Assembly (NCBI GenBank): GCA_964613985.1
Contig: CAZTJD010000003.1
Coordinates: 35,791 to 99,790 of the forward strand
Length of the DNA: 64,000 nucleotides
Direction of reading: 5' to 3'
Origin: an uncultured Anaerolineales bacterium
GTDB taxonomy: Bacteria; Chloroflexota; Anaerolineae; Anaerolineales; UBA11858
Shown here piece by piece: positions 29,679 through 41,278 of this stretch (positions are counted from its first letter, which is position 1; every line of letters starts with the position of its first letter). The notes under the pieces were generated by a model. The model saw only the letters and a program-made list of their open reading frames with translations, did no database searches and was not told the origin of the DNA. The translations under genes and the position numbers were made by a program.

Positions 29679-32600
29679 CCCCAACCCCCTCGCCTGGCTT
29701 TGGCAATGCTCTGACGGCTGACGCGGCAAATACTGCCATAATCACAGCGGTTAACACACGCTTTGCCCCACTGCACCGGCTTGGCTGGCGCACTTGGAAA
29801 AAGACCGCACCGAACCTGTTCCACGCACCAGGCAGCCTGCTGGATGATGTTTTCGACGACTTCGTCCTGCCGTACCCCTACCTCGAAGATAAGGCTGCCA
29901 CTTGAACTTCGCGTTGGGATCAACCAATAATGACTCTCCACCACCCTTCCCTCGCCCCTCAACCAGTAGCGTTCAGCCACCAGGGCATACAAGGCTGTCT
30001 GCGTCGCCAACCCCTTCTGCATGTCGGCTTTAGAATAGGTGGTGCTGCCACTTTTATAATCAATCACCCGCAAGTTGCCCTGCTCATCTCGGTCAACGCG
30101 GTCAACCACCCCCCTTAGCCGGAATCGAGCACTCTCAGCCTCCACTTCCAATGCTGGCGTCCCTCCGCGACCGATGCCAAAAATCACTTCCAACAGATAA
30201 GGCTTGAACCGTGCATTATCCCCGTTCTCCTCGCACTCCCAGGTCACCAAAGCCTGTAGCAGCCGCTTTAGTTCTTCTTTTTCATATTCCCACAACGCCC
30301 CTGGTCGAAAGCCGTAGCGTTGGGGTGCCCGGAGGAAGATCGCATTGCAACGTATCTCCAAAACCTGCAAGATCTTTTCTAAATTCGACCGGATTGGAGC
30401 AAGCCCGGTTTCCACCAGCTGTTGGTAGAGATCCTCCAGGATGGCATGCAGCAGGCTGCCTCGCTGCATCACATTCATGCCTTCTTCCGGATCCTGATAG
30501 GCTTCCAATTTGAGTACATGCTCGGCGAAAAAGCCGTAGGGACATTGGGCATAACGGTTAAGTCGTGAGGCGCTCCAGGTATGCCGTTCCCCGAAACGTG
30601 CCGAGAGCTCCGCTTTTAAATCCGCTGAACGCAGCATCCCTTCGAATTCACCCGGCGGCCGGTAACTTTCGCGCTGTTGTATGACCGCAGCTGCCTGCCT
30701 AACATAATCCCATTTCCCCCGCAAGCCCTGCGGAACTATCCCCGCCCCAATCCGGGAGAAAACCACCAGAAGTTCCCCTTCAGTAGCAGCTTCATGCGGT
30801 TCCAGGCTCTCAGCGATCGGCAGTTTATCTACCTGCGGTTTCTCCTGACCCTCGCAGACCGCATCCCAATAAGGTGAAGGCTCCCATGGTGCCCCGTTGT
30901 CGTCAATAGTTGGTCGCAGTAAAACTAACTGTTTGTAAACTCCTCCAATCACCTGCCACCACAACGAGGCGTCGTTGGCTGGAGAGTAGCGGACCAACGG
31001 CAGAGGATGCGTTTCTCGCTCTTTCGGCGCGTAGAGCGGGTCGGGAGGTTGTGGACTGGGGAATTCCCCTTCCGACAGTCCCAATACAAACAGGTACTCC
31101 ACCACTCGCCCACGTGCCCCTTCCATCGCTTCGAAACGGATGCCAGCCTTTGTTGAATCCCCCGCCAGTATTGAAACTTTGAGAAGCGCCAGGACTTCTT
31201 CCCGGTAAATCCCCCAAGTTACTTCCGCATCTCCTGGCACGATCTCAGCCGCTGTCAGTAGCCTCCGCATTACATCCATGACCGCCTGTAACGCCGTCAG
31301 ATCGCGTCGTGGATGAGGTCCTTCATGACAACGCCCCAACATGTCCAGGGTGGGTCCATCCCGCAGCGAAATGCCTTCCTGCTCAGGTTCCGTGGGAAAA
31401 TGACCCAGCAGCCTGGTCTGAAGCCACCAGGTATAGTCGCGATAGCTGGCCTTTTCCGGCGGGGTAATCATATCGAAGAAATCCATCAAACCATGCTCGA
31501 TCTTCACTAATTCTTCTGGTGGTACCGTCGCCACCAGCGGGGATGGACCGAGGTCCTCATCATCCGCTTCTAACACCTCCAGCGCCAAGGGTTGCAGGGC
31601 AAAAGCCCATTGTTCCCGCCCAGCTACCACCGGGCGTTCCCGACTCAGGCGGTCGAGGATGTCGATCTGCGAATCACTCAGCGTATCCCGCCGCAGATAG
31701 GGCGAGCGCAGGGCGTCAAAGGTCTCCGCCCAGGGGAAATCACCAGGAAGGCGTAACAGGTTCACCAGGGTTGCGACCGCCGGGTTGCTAATTAACGCTT
31801 TATCCAGCAAGACCGGCAGGTCATACTCGACTGCAACGGTCTGTACCAGCGGTCGATAGGCTTCTCGATTGGCTGCGAGGACCGCCACATCCAGTGGAGA
31901 AATCCCTGCCATCAACAGCCGCTTCGCTTCCCGTAATGTCCAACGGACTTCTGCCTCTCGTAAAGGAGCTTCGACCAAATGAATGCCCTCCCTAACTCCT
32001 TCCACGGTATCGGAAATTGCGTGTCCAACCCCTTTCTCCTGTATTTTCCCTTTCAAAGCTCCCTCAAATAGCTCCCGCTGTAACACTTGAAGTGATCCCG
32101 GCAGCGACTGCCCCATTTCCCCTTCCGGTAAGACTTCTACCGTCGGCTTGAGCCCCCGTTCCAGGATCTGCCTTGTTTCCCGCAGCCTCCCCAAAGCCAG
32201 GCTCTTCTGAGGCCTGTCCTCATCCCATAGCAAATAAAAAGTGCTCTCACGAAACCTGCCGACCAGGGCTTGCAAGATTCGCAGCTGCACCGGGGTGAAC
32301 TGGTCAAAACCCAAGATATAAAGGGGTTCATCCCGGCGGTAAAGTTCCATCTGCTGTTCTAGCGCTTCCGCCGCCAGCCAAAGCAGCCCATCGGCGTCGG
32401 AATACTTATGCTGGTTCATAAAATTCTGGTAGCGGCTGTACAACACCGCCAGCTCGCGATCTTTTCCAGTTCCCGATGTTTCCGCATAAGCGGTGTAAGC
32501 CTCCGGTGTGATCCCCTGCCCCTTCATCTCTCGGATCCACGCCAGGATCACGTCCAGGAAACCGGGTTTCCCCCAGACCTTAGCAAAAGCGGATAACACC

Positions 32601-32899
32601 TCTTCCACCGCCAGCTCCATCAGTATATGCCTGATCAACCGCCGCGCGGCAGTCTCGTTGATCTCCCGGACTGGGCTTCCCGCTGCCTTTAGGACCCTTT
32701 GACCCAGGCTGTAGAACTGCAGCAGCTCCACCGCAATGTTGTCCCCCAACCTTCGCGCCACATCATCGATCACCCCTGCGGAAGGCAGTAGGATGGTAAC
32801 CGGTGCCAACGGGTCCTCCCGCTTTGCATCCCTCAGACGCGACACCATGTGGACATAAGCCTGCTCTATCCGGGTTGTCAAATACAACCTGGCGGTCAT
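29675..32899 (-). CDS. addB: AddB-like inactive helicase + PD-(D/E)XK nuclease with Fe-S staple
   Basis: SASRLNRYAQCPYGFF, RGSLLH, GVVDRVD...IDYKSG...QTALY, C-terminal CVNRCDYGSIC. Confidence 0.85.
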   Translation of the reverse strand: MTARLYLTTRIEQAYVHMVSRLRDAKREDPLAPVTILLPSAGVIDDVARRLGDNIAVELLQFYSLGQRVLKAAGSPVREINETAARRLIRHILMELAVEEVLSAFAKVWGKPGFLDVILAWIREMKGQGITPEAYTAYAETSGTGKDRELAVLYSRYQNFMNQHKYSDADGLLWLAAEALEQQMELYRRDEPLYILGFDQFTPVQLRILQALVGRFRESTFYLLWDEDRPQKSLALGRLRETRQILERGLKPTVEVLPEGEMGQSLPGSLQVLQRELFEGALKGKIQEKGVGHAISDTVEGVREGIHLVEAPLREAEVRWTLREAKRLLMAGISPLDVAVLAANREAYRPLVQTVAVEYDLPVLLDKALISNPAVATLVNLLRLPGDFPWAETFDALRSPYLRRDTLSDSQIDILDRLSRERPVVAGREQWAFALQPLALEVLEADDEDLGPSPLVATVPPEELVKIEHGLMDFFDMITPPEKASYRDYTWWLQTRLLGHFPTEPEQEGISLRDGPTLDMLGRCHEGPHPRRDLTALQAVMDVMRRLLTAAEIVPGDAEVTWGIYREEVLALLKVSILAGDSTKAGIRFEAMEGARGRVVEYLFVLGLSEGEFPSPQPPDPLYAPKERETHPLPLVRYSPANDASLWWQVIGGVYKQLVLLRPTIDDNGAPWEPSPYWDAVCEGQEKPQVDKLPIAESLEPHEAATEGELLVVFSRIGAGIVPQGLRGKWDYVRQAAAVIQQRESYRPPGEFEGMLRSADLKAELSARFGERHTWSASRLNRYAQCPYGFFAEHVLKLEAYQDPEEGMNVMQRGSLLHAILEDLYQQLVETGLAPIRSNLEKILQVLEIRCNAIFLRAPQRYGFRPGALWEYEKEELKRLLQALVTWECEENGDNARFKPYLLEVIFGIGRGGTPALEVEAESARFRLRGVVDRVDRDEQGNLRVIDYKSGSTTYSKADMQKGLATQTALYALVAERYWLRGEGRVVESHYWLIPTRSSSGSLIFEVGVRQDEVVENIIQQAAWCVEQVRCGLFPSAPAKPVQWGKACVNRCDYGSICRVSRQSIAKARRGGWG

Positions 32900-32927
32900 C
32901 GTCTTATTCCTCTCCCCGCAATTCCTC

Positions 32928-33584
32928 TCAACGCATCCACTTTTGGCTTAATTCACATGCTTGCTGACGGAAAAAGGCTTTCACCGTCTCCCAGAATACT
33001 TCGTGCAACAATGTGAGCGGTTCTTCCTGTACCGCCCACCAAAAATATGGAAAACGTTTGACAACCTGGGTCTGGAAATCTCGCGTTGATAGATATTTCT
33101 TTGCAGCCATCTCAAGGAGGTCTTGTAAAGGAATCCGTTGGCAAAGGTCGTACAGATCATGAAAATCTTTGCGGCTGGCACGACCTTGCAGCGCGTCCAG
33201 TTTCATCAAGCCAATATCTGCAAGACTGGCCAGCGCTATCCCTTGCTCAACTCTTAACGGTGCGACCAGCGGGTAACCGTAACCATAAAAACCGACCCGA
33301 ACTTCACCTGCCAGGAAAACCAGGTTCCCCCAAGCGGCATCCGCCAGTAGAGGTTCGAGAGATTCTAATGCCTGAGCAAGCGCGTATCGGATGCTGGGAA
33401 TTTCTTCACGGGGTGAGAAATAATCCAGATCTAGTGAACGCCGATGTTCCAGTTGCAGTGCCAGCGCGGTACCATCAGCCAGATAAAAATGCTCGCTGAC
33501 CTTCGTCTGGCTGAAAACTTTCATTACCTGGCTCATCTTTTCAGAAATAGTTTCCAAATAGAGGGAAGTGTTATTCGTCATCAT
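32928..33584 (-). CDS. AbiEii/AbiGii-like nucleotidyltransferase toxin (motif deviates)
   Basis: FYLADGTALALQLEHRRSLDLDYF, DIGLMKL, RASRKDFHDL. Confidence 0.8.
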   Translation of the reverse strand: MMTNNTSLYLETISEKMSQVMKVFSQTKVSEHFYLADGTALALQLEHRRSLDLDYFSPREEIPSIRYALAQALESLEPLLADAAWGNLVFLAGEVRVGFYGYGYPLVAPLRVEQGIALASLADIGLMKLDALQGRASRKDFHDLYDLCQRIPLQDLLEMAAKKYLSTRDFQTQVVKRFPYFWWAVQEEPLTLLHEVFWETVKAFFRQQACELSQKWMR

Positions 33585-33855
33585 CCAGATCCTTCTCAAT
33601 CCCCAACACAAGATTCCAGAAGGTCAGGTGAGGTTCGGGTAGACCATCTTTTCCCCACTTCTGTACCCAAGTCATTATTTTCTCCCTTGAATAGACCCGG
33701 AATAACCAGTCAAGTTCGAGGCGGTTTCCAAAAATCAAGATGCGCTCAATAATCGTCGCAGCAGACCGATCCGGGTCCAACATTGCCAGGTCATATTCCT
33801 GGAAAAATGGTTTCAGCGAAGGAGGAATTTCATTGGGTTCAAATTGGGTACACAT
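33571..33855 (-). CDS. DUF6922-like small protein, putative antitoxin
   Basis: FFQEYDLAMLD...IIERILIFGN...WLFRVYSREKI; overlaps the toxin start. Confidence 0.7.
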   Translation of the reverse strand: MCTQFEPNEIPPSLKPFFQEYDLAMLDPDRSAATIIERILIFGNRLELDWLFRVYSREKIMTWVQKWGKDGLPEPHLTFWNLVLGIEKDLDDDE

Positions 33856-33960
33856 GGAAATCTCGTGGACTGGATTATACATCTTTAATATTTACTAAGT
33901 TGAATAACCCTTTATTTGATACTTAGATTCAAGGTATAAGTGCAACTAATAGTCCTTCTC

Positions 33961-34611
33961 TCACCAGTATATTTCGCCGGCTGTAACCTCTGCCCATTCT
34001 CGTAGCGATCTACTAAAGCGTTGGCTTATCTCATCAGAATAGGTTTCAACAATTTCAGCAATGGTAACAAAATCAATCGTATTCTCCTGTTTTTCTGGTT
34101 TGTTCGGTTGAATATAGATCACCTCAACGACGTAAGGATCTCGATCAGGGACAATATTATCTATCCCTGTAATGGTTAACAGCCCTATACCTTCAAGCTG
34201 CCTTAAGAGATAGCGGTATTTTTTCTTTGCCTTGGTAGCCTGATAGATCATGTCAACTCCTTCCAGTAACTTCACTGATCCCGCCTCTTTGGCTTTCTCC
34301 AGGTACCAATCTTGTTTATCTCGGCGAGATTTCCGATCCGTTTTTAATTCAATCAGGTAAAGCCTGTTCTCCCCCTTAACCTTGGCAAGATAGTCTATTT
34401 TGAAGGATTGATTTGTATTCGCTTCTGGATAAATTGTGCCGATCCTTACAGGAAATTCGGGGACAATACCTTCAATCTCAGTACGATATTTCCTTGCCAA
34501 TATTTCAGGCTGGTAGATGCTGAAGAAGATATCCGCTCTTCGCTCCAGCTGGTAAGCCGGCAAGTGCCGCCATGCGTCCATATTGTCAAATAACTGGTCT
34601 ATTCTGCTCAT
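33961..34611 (-). CDS. Hypothetical protein, PD-(D/E)XK nuclease-like
   Basis: PEFP...KIDYLA...LIELKTD...Q..Y pattern; AT-rich coding sequence. Confidence 0.6.
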   Translation of the reverse strand: MSRIDQLFDNMDAWRHLPAYQLERRADIFFSIYQPEILARKYRTEIEGIVPEFPVRIGTIYPEANTNQSFKIDYLAKVKGENRLYLIELKTDRKSRRDKQDWYLEKAKEAGSVKLLEGVDMIYQATKAKKKYRYLLRQLEGIGLLTITGIDNIVPDRDPYVVEVIYIQPNKPEKQENTIDFVTIAEIVETYSDEISQRFSRSLREWAEVTAGEIYW

Positions 34612-35010
34612 TTACTACCTGCAGCAATCGAAAGAATGTGTTCACCATCAGTTCGCTTGGATTTAAAGTTAATTCATCCGAAAAACTGAAATTTGTGGAC
34701 TTTTTCTTAGTATAGCACGTAAGGGCAGGCCTACCAGCAGATCAACAGGCACTAGAGAAGTCGAAGCAGCCACACGAATCAAACTTACGAGAAAAATGAA
34801 AAGTCCAAATCACCTCCCTTGTCCCGATTCCACTTCCTCTCTCACATCCCATGCAGAATGCCCACTTTTGGTATTCAGCCAAGCCAAACCAAAACAGGCG
34901 GAGTGAAACGAAGTCTGGTCGTTTGGCCAATCACCATTCATCAATCAAGGTATAATAAAGCTCTCACAACTCACCGGTACCTGGCAGATTGTCAACAGGG
35001 AACCTGGTTT

Positions 35011-35089
35011 TGTCATCCTGAATGAAGCATAACGGAATGAAGGAGCTCTGGTCTCAAGTTATAGTTTCTTCGCTTCGCTCAGAAAGACA
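35011..35089. repeat. REP doublet (REPIN-like)
   Basis: TGTCATCCTGAATGAAGCATAACGGAATGAAGGAGCTC ... TTCTTCGCTTCGCTCAGAAAGACA in inverted orientation. Confidence 0.65.
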
Positions 35090-35146
35090 AAGCCAATCTC
35101 TTTTGACTGGCGAATTATTAGCAGTTATCAGAAGGAAAATCTCTTC

Positions 35147-36163
35147 ATGACCCTGGAATCCATCAAAATTGTCATCCCCATGGCAGGCTATGGCACCCGT
35201 CTACGCCCTCAAACCTGGAGCCGGCCTAAGCAGCTGATCAGCCTGGCGGGTAAAGGCGTGCTAAGCCACAGCCTGGATATGTTCAGCACTTTGCCCGAAA
35301 GCCTTGGCAATGTCGAATATGTCTTCATCGTTGGCTACCTCGGTAACAAGATCAAAGAATACATGCGGGAGAACCACCCCGACCTCAAAGTCCACTATAT
35401 CAATCAGGAAGAGATGCGCGGTCAATCCCACGCCATCTATCTGGCAAAAGACTACCTCAATGGACCAATGCTGATGGTCTTTGCCGATACCCTGATCCAA
35501 ACCAACCTTGGCTTCCTGCAGGACACAGACTCTGACATCATTGCCTGGGTCAAGCCCGTTCCCGACCCGCGGCGCTTTGGCGTGACCGAACTTGGCAATG
35601 ATGGCTATGTCAAACGCCTGATCGAGAAACCCAAGGAAATGTACAACAATCTTGCCGTGGTCGGCTTCTACTATTTTGCCCAGGCCGAGAACCTGATTTC
35701 TGCCATCAAAGAACAAATGGATCGCGGGGATATGCTCAAGGGTGAGTTCTTCCTGGCGGATGCAGTCAACATCATGCTCGAGCACGGCGCACGGATGACC
35801 ACTCACCGCGTCGACGTCTGGCTCGATGCTGGTACCGCCGATGCCGTCCTGGAGACCAATCGCTACCTGCTCAACAACAACCATGATAACTCCTTCGAAG
35901 TCAGCCATCGTACCGATGTCACCGTCCTGCCCCCGGTCTATGTCCACCCCAGCGCTGATATCCGTTCCTCCGTGATCGGTCCTTATGCCTCGATCGGTGC
36001 CAACTGCATCGTCAACAACAGCGTAATACGCGACTCCATCCTAGAGAACCAGGCCCACACCGAAGACATCGTCCTCGACCGCTCCCTGATTGGGCAGAAC
36101 GCCTGCGTCATTGGTCACCCTCGCAGCTTCAATGTCGGCGATGACTCCGAGCTCTCTTTGTGA
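35147..36163 (+). CDS. Sugar-1-phosphate nucleotidyltransferase with C-terminal hexapeptide repeats
   Basis: PMAGYGTRLRP...PKQL, DPRRFGV, IEKP, WLDAGT, beta-helix repeats. Confidence 0.9.
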   Translation: MTLESIKIVIPMAGYGTRLRPQTWSRPKQLISLAGKGVLSHSLDMFSTLPESLGNVEYVFIVGYLGNKIKEYMRENHPDLKVHYINQEEMRGQSHAIYLAKDYLNGPMLMVFADTLIQTNLGFLQDTDSDIIAWVKPVPDPRRFGVTELGNDGYVKRLIEKPKEMYNNLAVVGFYYFAQAENLISAIKEQMDRGDMLKGEFFLADAVNIMLEHGARMTTHRVDVWLDAGTADAVLETNRYLLNNNHDNSFEVSHRTDVTVLPPVYVHPSADIRSSVIGPYASIGANCIVNNSVIRDSILENQAHTEDIVLDRSLIGQNACVIGHPRSFNVGDDSELSL

Positions 36164-36167
36164 CATA

Positions 36168-36395
36168 ATGGATGAACAATCTGTCGAATGCCATTCCGGT
36201 TACGCTTATGCCCAACGCCCAACGGCCATACACTGGGGAGGAAATCGGTACGAAGTTGAATCGATCCAATCCGAGTGGCGCTCCCCTCAGGGCAAAGGTT
36301 TTCGCGTTCGAACCACCAGCGGGATGGTCTTCGATCTATTCTACGAAGAAGAATCCCTATCGTGGACCATCACCCCCATCCCTTCCATTCCCTAA
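36168..36395 (+). CDS. Small conserved hypothetical protein (DUF6504-like)
   Basis: VECHSGYAYAQRP..I.WGG..YEVESI..EWR....FRV......FDLFY......W; fills the gap in the operon. Confidence 0.65.
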   Translation: MDEQSVECHSGYAYAQRPTAIHWGGNRYEVESIQSEWRSPQGKGFRVRTTSGMVFDLFYEEESLSWTITPIPSIP

Positions 36396-36406
36396 CCTAT
36401 AATCCC

Positions 36407-37594
<1,188 letters not shown>

Positions 37595-37604
37595 CTGCGA
37601 AAAG

Positions 37605-37633
37605 GGGATTGCCGCACTTCATTCGCAATGACA
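37605..37633. repeat. REP-like half copy
   Basis: GGGATTGCCGCACTTCATTCGCAATGACA ends in the same TGACA terminus as the other copies. Confidence 0.4.
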
Positions 37634-37659
37634 ACACGCAACTGGGCTGAATGTTATAA

Positions 37660-39126
37660 ATGACCGCTCCCACCTACCAAGCCGTCATCGGTTTAGAAAT
37701 CCATGCTGAATTACAGACCCGCTCCAAGATGTTCTGCAGCTGTCCGGTCGTCGATTCCACAACGGCTAATCCTAACGTGGCGGTCTGCCCGGTCTGCGCC
37801 GGGATGCCAGGAACACTGCCGGTCCTCAACCAACGGGCGGTGGAATTCGGGGTCAGGGTTGCCCTCGCCTTGAGCTGTAAGGTCAACCAGCGCAGTATAT
37901 TTGCCCGTAAGAATTACTTCTACCCCGACCTTCCCAAGGGCTACCAGATCTCGCAGTACGAAGAACCTCTTGCCCAATCTGGGCTTGTAACCCTACAAAC
38001 TCCTGAAGGCACTCAACAGGTGCGCGTCCGCCGAGTCCACCTGGAAGAGGATACTGGCAAACTGACCCATACGGAAGATGCAACCCTGCTCGATCTCAAC
38101 CGCGCCGGGGTGCCCTTACTGGAGATCGTCTCCGAACCTGATCTTCACTCTGCCAGAGCTGCTCGCTCCTATGCTGAGGCTATCCGCAGCATCCTGATAT
38201 ACCTCGGTGTCAACTCCGGAGACATGCAAAAGGGGGTTATGCGGGTTGAACCTAACGTTTCTATTCAAAGAGTCGGTTCTCAAGTCCTTGGCACCCGTAC
38301 TGAGATCAAGAATCTCAACAGCTTTCGCGCCCTGGAGCGAGGCATCGAGTACGAGATCGCCCGTCAAACCAGGATATTGGCAGATGGGGGAAAAGTGCAG
38401 CAGGAGACTGTTGGTTGGGATGAAGTCCAACAGGTCACCTTCACCCAGCGGGTCAAGGAAGGGGAGCAGGACTATCGCTACTTCCCAGAACCTGACCTGC
38501 CACCATTAGTTCTTGAGCATGACTGGATTGAGGCCATAAAGGAAGAATTGCCAGAACTGCCCCAGGAAAAACGTCAGCGCTTCCAGGATCAGTACGGTCT
38601 CAATCCCTACGATGTCGACCTGCTGACCTCGGATCGAGAGGTGGCGGACTATTATGAAAAAGTAGTGGAGGCCGCGCCAGGGATTCTCCCGAAGACAGTC
38701 GCCAACTGGATCACCGGGGATCTATTCAGCCTGCTTAACCAGGAAAATGAAAAGATTGGTGACCTGAAGATTAAAGCTGCAGCACTGGGCAAGCTGCTCA
38801 TCATGATCCAGAACAAGATAATCAACCCTTCCACCGGAAAGATCGTCCTGGCAGCGATGTACCAGACCGGCAAGACAGCAGAAACCATCGTCCAAGCACG
38901 CGAGTTAACCCAGGTCACAGATATGGATACGATCGCCAGTATGGTCCAATCCGTCCTGGAAGAAAACCCAACAGAGGTAGAGTCCTACCTGGATGGGAAA
39001 GAGGGGCTGCTGAACTGGTTCTTCGGTCAGGTGATGCGTACCACAGGGGGTAAAGCCAATCCTGACCTCGTCCGGGAAGCACTGAGCCGCCAGTTGGCGG
39101 AACTCCGGCGGGATCACGGGGAATAA
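37660..39126 (+). CDS. gatB: Asp-tRNA(Asn)/Glu-tRNA(Gln) amidotransferase subunit B
   Basis: IGLEIHAEL, RKNYFYPDLPKGYQISQY, HLEEDTGK, NRAGVPLLEIVSEPD, EIKNLNS, DYRYFPEPDL. Confidence 0.97.
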   Translation: MTAPTYQAVIGLEIHAELQTRSKMFCSCPVVDSTTANPNVAVCPVCAGMPGTLPVLNQRAVEFGVRVALALSCKVNQRSIFARKNYFYPDLPKGYQISQYEEPLAQSGLVTLQTPEGTQQVRVRRVHLEEDTGKLTHTEDATLLDLNRAGVPLLEIVSEPDLHSARAARSYAEAIRSILIYLGVNSGDMQKGVMRVEPNVSIQRVGSQVLGTRTEIKNLNSFRALERGIEYEIARQTRILADGGKVQQETVGWDEVQQVTFTQRVKEGEQDYRYFPEPDLPPLVLEHDWIEAIKEELPELPQEKRQRFQDQYGLNPYDVDLLTSDREVADYYEKVVEAAPGILPKTVANWITGDLFSLLNQENEKIGDLKIKAAALGKLLIMIQNKIINPSTGKIVLAAMYQTGKTAETIVQARELTQVTDMDTIASMVQSVLEENPTEVESYLDGKEGLLNWFFGQVMRTTGGKANPDLVREALSRQLAELRRDHGE

Positions 39127-39615
39127 TCCCTTCCACCTGACCCTCAATTCATTCACGAACGATCAAACAGCAAGATGAGCAAGTAGTTAATTGATCCATT
39201 CTCACGCATCGCTGCGATATCATTAAAACCCTATGACAATCTCCCATCCTGCGGGTGTAAAACTTCACTTGACGCTATTTTTGACATTTGATATAAGCGA
39301 AATGCTACATGGAAGATTACCACCAAGAACGGGACAGCCAGGATGACATTCTACTGCTGATTAACTGGAAAGGAGACGGGGCCTAATTTCGAGAGTGAGC
39401 GAAGACCAGAAATTGTTACCGCCTCCTAAAAATAGGATGGCGTCATTATCCTTCATTGAAAACCCATTCTGGTCATAAAAGAGGCGCATAGAACCTCATG
39501 CTTCAACCTGTTATTGGTATAAAATAATATAACCGTATCTGGCGATGCGGAGATGCGGAAAGGAACCCTTCCGAAGTTCAGTACATTTTAATCCAATAAG
39601 AATAAACACTATTAA

Positions 39616-40980
<1,365 letters not shown>

Positions 40981-41086
40981 GCAGGTCAGATATCTTTACC
41001 TCAGTTTGGATTAGATCGGGTATTTACCCCTAAGGACCAGAGCAGGATACCACCTCAATTAATCTTCTGCCCGGCAGATAAAAAAT

Positions 41087-41119
41087 ATAACAAGAGTCCT
41101 CTTTGAGGGCTCTTGTTAT
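41087..41119. terminator. Probable bidirectional intrinsic terminator
   Basis: ATAACAAGAGTCCTC-TTT-GAGGGCTCTTGTTAT with A/T-rich flanks, between the convergent gdhA and kinase genes. Confidence 0.75.
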
Positions 41120-41278
41120 TTGTTATGAAATGAGCTGTGCAAGTATTGAAAAAAACTACAAAATTTCATCACAAAGGTGATTACCAGTATCAAAGATGTT
41201 GGGTCGCTGTTCGTACCTGTGGCAAACCCGTGTAAGCTTGGAATTAGGATTTCCGAATTCAATTCCTGGTAATCATTT

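Noticed and set aside
26283-32899. Helicase-nuclease pair as a novel defence system
   Set aside because: Motifs and addB-addA order fit ordinary AddAB recombination/repair.
35261-35947. 228-aa minus-strand ORF
   Set aside because: Antisense shadow of the nucleotidyltransferase.
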